A DNA stretch of 64,000 nt from positions 620,001-684,000 of the forward strand of contig QPGO01000019.1 in assembly GCA_008632985.1 (NCBI GenBank). The letters run 5' to 3'. Of the stretch, positions 49,286 to 61,536 are shown in pieces; positions within the stretch are counted from its first letter, which is position 1, and each line of letters opens with the position of its first letter. The position numbers and the translations under genes are program-made. The notes beneath the pieces were generated by a model. The model did not search any database. It saw only the letters and a program-made list of their open reading frames with translations, and had not been told where the DNA came from. Source of the stretch: Psammoneis japonica (lineage: Eukaryota).

Positions 49286-52141
49286 CTAGTGCTTTATCCC
49301 GCAATCGACAAATCGTTTGCTCAAACTGCCAAGAGTTGGCTTGGTAAAGAAAATGCGGCATACAGGCACATCGTTTCGATTCAACTTGACGTCGTATCCT
49401 GCGCACCTGCTTGAATGGCGACACCTACTTCTGCAATGATGCGGTTTCAGACTGAGCCTGACGAAAGAAGCACCATCGCAGTAGTGACCATCATACGCTG
49501 TGAAATCGGCATCGGAACGACCGAGAGGTGGGGTTTCTGTAGGTCGCTCTTCAACTTTGCCATCCGAATTCTCGGAATTATAGCTCGGGTCAATAAATGG
49601 AGCCCTTGTAGGTGCACGAGTTGGAGTCTGCGTAGGAGAAGCGGTTGGGGCCATTTTGGGTGGGAGAGTGGGCCCTGCGATAAGCCTTCCAACCTGCTCC
49701 ATAGAAAGCCTTTCCGCCCAAACGTACAATTCGTCAATCAATCCCATGTAAGGTTTGTGGCTCGGAAAAATATCACGCCTTATCTTTCCGTCACTATGCC
49801 CGAATCCTCCAATGCTGATGCTTCCCGAGGTAGTGAAGAATAAGTAGTCATCTTTCCCTTGCACCTTTGTATCGACACGTTCGCCATTGACAAACATCTG
49901 AACTTCAGACAGGCGACAACTGTTTCTTGGCATTGAGATTGCCAAATGCTGCCAAGTTGCATCAGCCATAGCAATACTTTTGTCTGTGGGAACCAGCTTC
50001 ATGTCGGCTGCTGCATACAGAGCAGGAACGCCCTTATCGAGGGTCAATGTGAAAATTTTATTCTTGTTATACTCCGTCATTCCAAAGATGTCCCCAAAGC
50101 TAATGAGAACTTGGTTCGCTTTTGATGCCTTTGTTTTGAACCATAGCGCGTACGACACTTTGACACCACCGCTATGTGGACCCAATCTTTTGCGTCGAAC
50201 ACATCATGTCAACGAGAACGGATGAGAAAAGAACGACGCAGTACGAAAACATTACTGCAATCAGGACTCACGCGAAAATGGCCACTCGGCTATCTGTTGA
50301 GTTGAAGGCTGCTGCTTTGCCTTGCACACCTTTCTCAAGAGCTACATTTGCAACTTGGGCATCGTATTGCTCTGGCGAGAGAAAGAGAATGATGAAGAGA
50401 AGCGGACATCAAAATGTGAATACAAGAGCGAGTGACTGCATATCAAACTCAAGAAGAACTTACGACCAAACTCTCCCATGTTTGGAAACGAATCCCAACA
50501 TTCAACTCCTTGTATCGTGATCTTTCGTTGAATCAACGAATCCTTGATATCATCATGTTCCATCGCGAGAACCGGCCGTTCCAACAACGGAAAGGTCTCG
50601 TCAAAGGAGAGGTGTATCATTGGCTTTTCTCGGTCCAGCAGCTTCAACGAACCGGTGGACTCAAAGACAGTTTCTTTTCTCGACTTGTCGATTATCACTT
50701 GTCCGTAGAATTCGTAGTTCCTGTTGTATCTTGCCCTCGGGCCAATTTCGTTGAATTGATTAATTCGGATGACGTCGTCGGATACTTCGACAGTGAGAAA
50801 ATTCTGGCAGGCGTTTCCGCTAAAGTCACGATACCACACGAGAAAGCATTGGACAATGCATCAGTAAGTCTACGACTACGGAAAGATCCAGGAGAAAGGC
50901 CCACACAATCTTACCGTGATACTACCTGGACCAAGTTTGATCTATCGTCTTTGGTAACGGTGTTTGCGTGGACCTGTTTCCATCGTACATTCAGAAAGCA
51001 CCAGAGTGAGAAAGAAGTGCTTCACCTATAACATGAAACGGTGGCGACAAGAATACTCACATCTCCAGAAAAATAGACGTCAACGTTATGCTGCCGCATT
51101 GCCTTGAAGAAATCTGACGTGTCCGCTCCATCCATGAACTGGCCGGTGCATCGAATCTTACGCACGGGCTGTATGATTGGTGGGTGGGCCTGAACAAAAA
51201 TATGCTTGATCGTTTCGTCTTTGCGGGCTTCGCTAAGAACTTTTCGAAACCAGTCCAAGTGGGGCCCCGTCACGTCGCATGTTACAGAACCTTCCCCACC
51301 AAGGCCTCGGCTCCGGTCCATGAAATCCGACGGCATTGACTGGAACACGTCTACCGTGACAAACAAAACGTTTTTGTGGCGATAAGCGTACGACGTTTTC
51401 TCGAATACTGTGTTCAAGGGACGCGAATCCGCTTCTGCTTGCCGATAAAGCACAGAAAGGCGCAAGTGACAGTTAGGCGGTTGTTAATGATATGAAGGAG
51501 CGAGTTTCTAACAAATCCGAATGCAAACTTACTTCCAATAGGTTCTTTATACAAAAAGCCTCCATTTTCGTCTTTATTGAATTCACCATAAAAGATATTC
51601 CTAAAGTCTCGCAAGAGGCCAGTCTTCGGTTCTGCAAGTGGCCAGGAGTTTCTGCGACAAAGAATGGTGAGTAAAGAGATTCGTATTAGTCGAAAACGGG
51701 CTCGTCATCATTAACTTACCCGCCCAACTCATGGTCTCCGACTGCAAAAAGAATCTTGGAGTATCCAGCAAGTTCAAAGACAAGCTTCATGCTCTGATAG
51801 CATCTTTTTGCTGCTTTCCTCACTGCTTCCTTAGCCGTGTCTACGTTGAGAAGATCAAGGAACTCGTCTTTATACCATTTCCCACTGTTGGAGTCTCCTG
51901 GGAGGAGAACTAACTCTCCGCCGTAGTTTTCCTTGATGTGTTGAAACGTTTCAGACTTTCTGTTAGCATCGAAGTCATTTCTAAGACTCTTTTCATCCTT
52001 TATGGGGTTGTTAACGAAGGATTCTGCACCATGCCAGTCTGCGAAAACGACAAAACGCCATTCATCCGTCGCGGCGGACACACTCAAAGACAACAAAAGC
52101 AACAGCAATAAGGAGGCGAAAGAACCAAAGTAAAGCATCAT
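49286..52141 (-). CDS. Secreted metallophosphoesterase-LamG-PT-Cys protein, copy 5
   Basis: As copy 3; start MMLYFGSF with poly-Leu signal peptide. Confidence 0.85.
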
Positions 52142-52785
52142 TTCATTCCAAAAGAAAACGGGAGTTCGAGGACAATGGCTTCTACGTAGTGTTGTGTGTT
52201 ACTCTCGATTTACGAATCGAAATGAAAGTGTCGATCCGACCCTTTTCTCCCGCAAAATGAAGTCAGACGCGAGTTGTCGCATTTTGCGTGAGCCGCGTGT
52301 ACTCGTACGACCAATATGTCTTATCATGCATAGTGCGAGAATGCTAAAGTATACTTAAGATATATTACTTTTCATATTGCCCTATGATATAATGTTGAAG
52401 GAAGGCATAAGTCATTTCGGCCATTTCACTATTGATACACATATCGCTTTCCATGCTCGCACTTGTTTCAAATTCTCGATGACCGTCAGACACAAGTTTG
52501 AAGTTTTTTTGTCAAATCCTCTCAACTTTCCGCTCTCTGCAATGATGTGATATTCAACAATCGGCGAGTGTCGAGATCAGATTCGTCTTTTCTTCAGTGA
52601 TTCGCCTAGCTAGGAAGTACGCTCTTTCTTTCTGGCATTTTATTCTCTTTAATCTAAATTAGCATTCTACTGTTGTGCATCTATAAGGTCTAAACCGACG
52701 GTGACAATTGTTTATCGGTGAGTACACGGTCTTCATCATGGAACCCTGCATCACGTTTCACAAGTTCAAGCAAAAGAATCACCAA

Positions 52786-54486
<1,701 letters not shown>

Positions 54487-55088
54487 GGTGTTTGATGTGA
54501 TTGATGATGTAGCGGGTGCTTTATGTGTTCTATCGATTGTAATGGATGTAGTCCGTTGAATTATTATGAGCAAAATGAGACCAAAGCGAATGGTGGAAAG
54601 TGCCTGGGCCCTGACACCTTTCCCACAAACATGCCGAGTCGTGACAACCATGTTGTCATGAACGCGAATGAGAGTGTCAATTGTGGGACGCCGATAGCGG
54701 CCGATCGGCATGGAGAAAACTGGGAACGAAACCGAAAGATGTTCGCGGTTTTCGCGCCAAAACGTCTGTGACCACGTACGTGTGAACGAATCAGATCTCG
54801 AGAACACGAATCAGTCACGAATCTCGGTGTCAAACAAGCACGACTGCTTCGCTTTTCACCTCCCTTTTTTGGGAGTGCTTTATCAAAGGACGGGAACTGC
54901 ACACCCTTTCTATGGCTTTGAAAGCAGAGTAGTTGCTCTATCTACACAAGTACTGTAGAGTCTAGTGTTATAAAAAAAATGACGGAGAGCGTTGTTTTAC
55001 ACATGTTATTTCACTTTTCAACTAATCTTCTCCGCACAAATAATAATAATCCTTGTTTGTTACCCACGTTCTTTTTTGCAATCCTTCC

Positions 55089-56595
55089 TTAGTCCAGTAG
55101 CCAACACTTTACTGTTTGATCTACGCTACCAGATACCAAGATGGGAAGCGTGTAATGCATTGCAAGTGACGTTACAAAATGAGAATGTGCGTTATCCAAG
55201 GTACGAAGGCATCGATTCGCCTACAAACACACAAGACACAGACATACTGTACGTGAGCAAACAAACGGCACTTCAATTCAATTCACACACACAACAAAGA
55301 GAAAACGTACCTTGATATCAAAGACCCGTATGGTTCGATCATCCCCAGCACTGATAATATAATTCCCAGACGGATGAATCAAAACCGATCTCACCCAATT
55401 CTCGTGACTAGTGAATTTTGCCAGACACTCGGCACCACTAATCTTCCAGAGTCGTACCGTTCGATCCCTCGAACCCGATACAAGATAGTCTCGGACAGTC
55501 TCCATGTGCTTTGTTGGTTTTGTAGTAGCATTGGAATTGGCTTGTTCGGTAAGAAATGCCAAACTCTCCACAACATGTTCATGACCACGCAATTCTGCAA
55601 TTTTCGATTGTTCTTGGCCACTATAGACAAAAATCACTTGATCATTCCCCGACGATGCCCAACAATCACCATTGCATTGTCGTACCGCCAAACATCGTAC
55701 CCAATCCGTATGGTCGGAAACTGTCGTATCGCAAAAACCCGTTTCAATGTCCCATACCTTGACGGTGGAATCTCGTGATGCCGATAACAAATGCGTACTT
55801 CCAGCCATTTCCGCATCGACACCTGTTGTGGATGTTGTTGTTGTGGATGATGATTTCTTTTCTCCCATGGTTGGAATAAATTTTAATGCCGAAATTGTAT
55901 GATCGTGACCTCGCAGTGTCCGAAGACAGGCATAGGTTGAAAAGTCCCATAGTTTAATACTGAGATCTTGTGAACACGATGCCAAATACGAACCCGACGG
56001 TGAAAACGAAAGAGAATTGACCGTGTTTGTATGACCCTTCATGGTTCGAACATAATCACCACTCTCGTGGTCCCAAACCTTTTGAAAAAAAGACGTGAGT
56101 ATAACAGCCGTATTGAAGAAGCCAACAATTAAAAACAAAACTCAAGAAATACGTTTGCTGCGGTTTTCCTACCTTGATTGTTCCATCTTCACTTCCACTC
56201 ACAACGACTGTAAACACTGGATGTACTTCCACAACTGCTACCACTGCAGAATGTCCTTGCAGTGTATGAGAACACGGAAGTCGTGGTAGCATACGTCGTT
56301 GACCTGCTCCATCGGCTGTCGACGACGACGTTACACCCGCTCGATGGGCGTGTATTTTTGCGTTTTGTGCCGCGGTTCGTTCCAATTCCAACACTTTTTT
56401 TTGCAACCGAGGAATGGCGGTCCACTTTTTCTCCAACAACGGAGTTGTTGTGGATTTCTTCTCATTCTTCTTTGCCGAAGCATCGGGGTCGGCTTCTGCC
56501 AGTGCTTCGGCCGCTTTTTCAAATCCCGGTCGAGATTGGAGATACTCATAAATACCAGCGTGCAAATCGGCTCGTTGTCGGTCAGTTAAAACCAT
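55089..56595 (-). CDS. LIS1: LIS1/NudF-like LisH + WD40 dynein regulator (three exons; apparent 1-bp frameshift in the last codons)
   Basis: [39 protein letters not shown] repeats [24 protein letters not shown]. Confidence 0.9.
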
Positions 56596-57161
56596 GGTGT
56601 AAAACTTCTTGATTGACTTTTTCTATAGAACCAACCCAACACCGCTGATATTGACATTGCCCGTTTGCCGTTGCTCCGCCATTGGTTGTCTGGTTCGGTT
56701 GCGATGCGATGGGCGATGGCGATCGATCGATGAGGTGCGACGTGCTTGGTACAGTACTGTACGTAGGGCCCTACTGCGCGTAAATTAACGTCTGCATGCT
56801 GTGCCGTGTACTGGACCGGCATTCTTACTCACAGTAGTGCATACATACATCATGTAGATATTTTCTCTTACTGTATCATACCTGTAGTCGAGATGCCCTT
56901 GATTGAGTGCTTCTACCACGGCACAGTTGCAGTAGAGAGCTAGGAGTATCAAAAAAGCTGAAGTCTCCTCTAGCTAGAGACTAGAAGAGCGTGGTGCTCT
57001 AGCTTAGAGAGATCTGCTGTGTGGAGGAACCACCGAAACATTTGTGGTCACTGCCAGCTGCTGCGAACATGTCGCGCTTTCCGCACGCACAGAAATCTCT
57101 TGCACTTCATCGTTGAGAGTCCAACACACGAGAAAGTTGGATCCTTGTGAGCTTCAAAAGC

Positions 57162-58990
57162 TCAGCTCATGCAGGCAAGTTCCACATGTTCGCTGACATC
57201 CTTGGTGCGCCATGGCCATGCGCCCATCGCTCCCGACTCCCAACTCTTTGCAGCGACTCTCTTTGGGTCTTCTGCGACCCATTCACAGGAATGACTCTCT
57301 TCAGTGGAATGCCATCCTTTGTCATCCATGCACTTTTTTGATTTGTCATTTGGTGATTTGCATGTGTTGCAGAGGCGTGGGCATGACTGGAAGGCTGTTG
57401 TTGTCTTGCCGTTGACTGTTCCCAACTTGAGCTTCTCACATTTCTCATGCTTTTCTTCAAACTTCACAATTTCATTGCACATCTTGTCTTTAATTCTCCA
57501 CTTTGGATTGTCCTGGCACACACCGCTTGGCACGCAAGTCCCACATGTGCTTCTGCAAGACTCGTGTGCCAAGGTTCGTCTTCCGTTGCCATCAATGCCT
57601 TCCTCTTTGCATTGTCCTTTGGCTTCTCTGCGATCCATTCACAGGAGTGCAGTCTTTCATCTTTGTCAAGTTTTCGCCATTCTTGGTCATCTTGGCATTC
57701 TGTTTGGGGAATGGTCTCACCAAACATGCACACGTTGCACATGACAGGACATCCTGTGAATCCGCGTGCAGTTGCGCCGTTTGCCTTTCCAGGTTCAAAG
57801 CATTTCGAGTGCAGCTCTTCCTTTGTCTCAATGGCAAAATCGCAGCATGTCTTGCCGTCCTTCTTCTTTTCAGCCCAGTTCGGATCATCTTGACAGCCAC
57901 AATCATTGGAGAAATCTTGTTTGGTGGCGTCTTTGGTTGGTGTTCCCGCAGCCTCCAACCCTGGACAAGAACCGCAAATCCTTGGACAAGCCTGGTGTGC
58001 AGCAGCTGTTTCGCCGTTGCCATCAATTCCAACCTCTTTGCAGTTTCTAACGTCCTGTGCAATGCTTTTGCAAGATCCGCGTTGGCTGCTGTGACACCAT
58101 TGCTCATCATCTTTGCAATCGATCACCTTGGTGTCTTGTGATTTGCATGTGTCACATGAAAGTGGACAGGAATGGAATGCCATCGTAGCCGCGCCAACTG
58201 CAACTCCCAGTTTCTCGCAAGGTTTGCACAAGTCTTCCACAATGTTGCTGCACGTCATTGTCACTTCTCCATCCCGCATCTTTCTCCAATTTGGATTGTC
58301 CCGACAAACTCCTGAAATGCAAGTAGAGTGGCAGGCTGCAACGGTGCGGTTGGAGGATGACAGTGTTGCTGCGATGATGGCGGCGGAGCTGCAGGCTGCA
58401 ACGGCACGGTTGGAGGATGACAGCATTGCTGCGATGATGGTGACGGAGCAGTGGGCTGCAACAGCACAGTCGGAGGATGATGGCATTGCTGTGATGATGG
58501 CAACAGAGTGGCAGGCTGCAATGGTGTGGTTGGAGGATGACAGCATTGGTGCGATGACGGCGGCGGAGCGGCAGGCTGCAATGGCGCGGTTGGAGGATGA
58601 CAGTGTTGCTGCAACGACGGCGATGGAGCAGCAGGCTGCAACAGCATGGTTGGAGGATGACAGTGTTGCTGCGATGATGGCGATGGAGCGGCAGGCAGCA
58701 ACATGTGGTTGGAGATGAGTTGGATGACATTCTTGATGATGATTGAACAGAGTGACACACGGTGATCGGCGGGAGTGCTGTTCTTGAGAGTTGTCACCAC
58801 GACGATGTGAGTCCACCATGTCCATGATGGGGAGAATGATGAGGGTGATGCACAGTGGAGTCATCACGGTTGTGACATCTTGAGCATCGGGCAGAGCGAT
58901 GGAGGGAGGAGGGAGGAGAGCGGTCACGACCTCTTGGCCGAGGCGGAGCACTGCTGTCACCTCTTTTGCAAGATGCATGGCGTGAAGTGG
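57162..58990 (-). pseudogene. TpA-depleted, frameshifted paralogue of the Cys-rich repeat gene at 61537-64000
   Basis: Collinear CRDNP/CKDDEQW/CQDD/CQDNPKW repeats; His or Cys where the intact copy has Tyr; frameshift ~57615; 5' end approximate. Confidence 0.8.
58326..58713. repeat. 60-bp minisatellite, ~6.5 copies (Pro/Ser-rich linker on - strand)
   Basis: GCAGGCTGCAA...GGAGGATGA...TTGCTGCGATGATGG recurs every 60 bp. Confidence 0.92.
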
Positions 58991-59392
58991 ATGGACAAAC
59001 AAGGGTTGGCACTGACAGTGTGGACAGAAAGCAACAACAGAAAGGCTCGCGGTGGAGTGAGAAACACAGCGACAACCATGTTGCTTTGTCTTTTACGTTT
59101 GATGTGATGAGCTGGTGGTTACAGCACGTGGTGTGCCCAAAATGACCGTTAAATTTGTGCCAACGTGCCAAAATGACCGTTAAATAATGGGCACAACCGT
59201 AGATTCTCAAAAATTAACGGTGTCATTTTTAAAAATGACCGATTTGAGGAATGAGGATTAAGAATCCACGTTTTCGAAATTCCGGTAAACAATCTTTCAG
59301 CAAACCAAAACAGCAGCGGCGCAGCAGCGTAACTCTATAACAGAGGTGTGGTTGCTCAAAACAAACGCTGTAGTATTATCTTTCAGCATAAA

Positions 59393-61276
59393 ATGAGATT
59401 TTCTTGCTTGACAACACTACTGTTGTCACTCTTTGTAGTCTCTGCTGCTGCAGACAAGAATGATGAGTGCAGTATTTACTTGGCAGAATCGAGCAAGTCC
59501 GAACCAGGTGAATTCAAGTGGGGTCTGTATGCGGGTCAAGACATTCAACCCGATTCCATCGTAACGACACCCGATGTTGCCATTCACATTATAAACATGG
59601 CGGGCAATGCCAAGACTACTTCTAAAGAAGAAAAAGACAATTGGCTCGAATCGGTGATTGATTTTTTCGAACAATTCATTTGGGTTCCTGATGCGTCGGG
59701 TGGGAAATTTGAAGTCGATTCCAAAACAAAACCCGAACGCATCGTGGCGGCCATTCCCGGCGTCGGTGCGTTGGGTGGGTATAATCCTGAAATGACCAAT
59801 GCTCATTGGCGACACGATTATGCGTATTTTCGTCATGCGGTCGGAGAAGCGCGTGGCGTTGCTCATGCCGGTCGAGGTGCGTATTCGGTCTTTTACAATG
59901 CCACCATGACGGCCAAACACGTGATTCCCAAGGGTATGGAAGTGTTTGTGGATTATGGGGCCAATTATGAAACCGAAAGTGACGAGGATGAATTGGAACG
60001 GAGTGATTATGACAAGATTGATCATGTCGTCAATCGGGTTTTGGAATTTTACGATGAATTCGAGTCGGAAATGACGGACGAGGGAAAAAAGGATATTTAT
60101 GAGTTTTTGATTTCCGATGTCATGGCAGCCGTGGCGGGTCCCCGAAAGGGACCGCTCATTAAGCAATTGCTTCCAGACAATGTAAAAGGCCTTCGTGATG
60201 TCAAGGCCAAGGGTGGATCGTACTTTTTCAACAAGCCCGGAACACTCCGTGATGCCGCGTGGCTCGCAGAGAATGGGCTCTGTATGGATAACTTGGAAAT
60301 GGGCCCTTCGACCATTCCTCATGCTGGAAGAGGTGCTTTTGCCAGGCGTGACATTAAAAAGGGTGGACTGGTGGTTCCGGTTCCGCTCATTCATTTGCCC
60401 AGCAAGGAGATTATGGATTTGCACAAGTTGGAGGGAGACGACGAGGAAACGCTTCATCGTGCCGACGATACCGTCATTGGTCAGCAACTCATGCTCAACT
60501 ACTGTTATGGTCATCCCCAATCCAGTATGCTCTTTTTCCCTTCCTCACCGGGTGTGTCATTCATCAATCACAGTTCCAAGAAACCCAATGCCAAGATTGT
60601 TTGGTCGTCGAGCAAGCATCACAATCCCGATTGGTACAAGCTGTCTCTTGAAGAGCTACTCGAAGATGAGAATCAGTATATGGGACTCATGTTTGATGTC
60701 GTTGCGACACGTACCATCAAACAGGGTGACGAAGTCTTTATCGATTATGGCAAGGACTGGGAAAAGGCTTGGAAGGACCACACCAAGTCTTGGAAGCACG
60801 ACAAGGATTGGCCCTTGAGCGCCATGGATGTCAATCAAGACTACAAGACGAAACCGTTCAAGACTCCACAAGAACTCGAAACGGAACCCTATCCCGAAAA
60901 TGTGCAAATCATGGGATTTTTGGTGGTGGAAGTAGATGAAACCGAACAAGAAGAGCAGCAGCAGGGTAGTCAGACAAAGCGCAAATGGACGACACCGAAA
61001 CAGGGATCCGTGTTTGATACGGAATACCTTCAAAAGTGCCGCGTCACGGGACGCAAAGAAGTCGAAGACGAATCGAGTCTTGTGCCATTCAAGTATACAG
61101 TGGTGTGGAACGAGGGCGAGGAGGATGAAACAACGGTGACGGATGTGCCGCATTCGGCCCTCGTGTTTGTCGACAAACCCGGAACAAGCGATCATTTTGT
61201 GAAAGATGCCTTTCGGCATTTTATTGGTATTCCGGACGAAATTTTTCCCAAGGGTCCGTGGCGTGATTTGGCTTGA
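59393..61276 (+). CDS. Signal-peptide-bearing protein with duplicated SET-like domains
   Basis: MRFSCLTTLLLSLFVVSAAA; ECSIYLAES..WGLYAG, GMEVFVDYG; STIPHAGRGAFA, FINHS, QGDEVFIDYG; FRHFIGIPDEIFP end. Confidence 0.82.
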   Translation: MRFSCLTTLLLSLFVVSAAADKNDECSIYLAESSKSEPGEFKWGLYAGQDIQPDSIVTTPDVAIHIINMAGNAKTTSKEEKDNWLESVIDFFEQFIWVPDASGGKFEVDSKTKPERIVAAIPGVGALGGYNPEMTNAHWRHDYAYFRHAVGEARGVAHAGRGAYSVFYNATMTAKHVIPKGMEVFVDYGANYETESDEDELERSDYDKIDHVVNRVLEFYDEFESEMTDEGKKDIYEFLISDVMAAVAGPRKGPLIKQLLPDNVKGLRDVKAKGGSYFFNKPGTLRDAAWLAENGLCMDNLEMGPSTIPHAGRGAFARRDIKKGGLVVPVPLIHLPSKEIMDLHKLEGDDEETLHRADDTVIGQQLMLNYCYGHPQSSMLFFPSSPGVSFINHSSKKPNAKIVWSSSKHHNPDWYKLSLEELLEDENQYMGLMFDVVATRTIKQGDEVFIDYGKDWEKAWKDHTKSWKHDKDWPLSAMDVNQDYKTKPFKTPQELETEPYPENVQIMGFLVVEVDETEQEEQQQGSQTKRKWTTPKQGSVFDTEYLQKCRVTGRKEVEDESSLVPFKYTVVWNEGEEDETTVTDVPHSALVFVDKPGTSDHFVKDAFRHFIGIPDEIFPKGPWRDLA

Positions 61277-61536
61277 GAGAGAAAGGGCGCGCAACTCTCT
61301 CTAGATAGTATGGATCGAGATTGTAGAACATGTCCGCTTTACTTTTTAAAATTGTAGCTGTTTCAATCGAGTGATTTCGGTACATCTTTCCGACAGCGGT
61401 GGGCCGTGATTTGGCTTGAGGGCACATTCCTCTAGGTAGCATGGAACACATTGGTGTAATATGTAAGCATGACTACTGTTCATGTTCAATAGCTTCTTCG
61501 TTCGAGCTTGACAAATGATGGCGCTCAATCGGCCAT

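Noticed and set aside
55089..55115. Programmed frameshift or pseudogenisation at the LIS1 C-terminus (likewise ~63582)
   Set aside because: Isolated 1-bp indels in otherwise intact genes; assembly error is more likely.
58326..58713. CRISPR-like array (also 30860-31008)
   Set aside because: No unique spacers and no cas genes; eukaryotic context; these are a tandem minisatellite and a dyad cluster.
59426..60520. 364-aa antisense ORF (and 60656-61294)
   Set aside because: Shadow of the codon-biased sense gene; no motifs.
61257..61445. Short degenerate duplication of the stop-codon region (CGTGATTTGGCTTGAG at ~61262 and ~61405)
   Set aside because: Real but small local duplication with no evident function.
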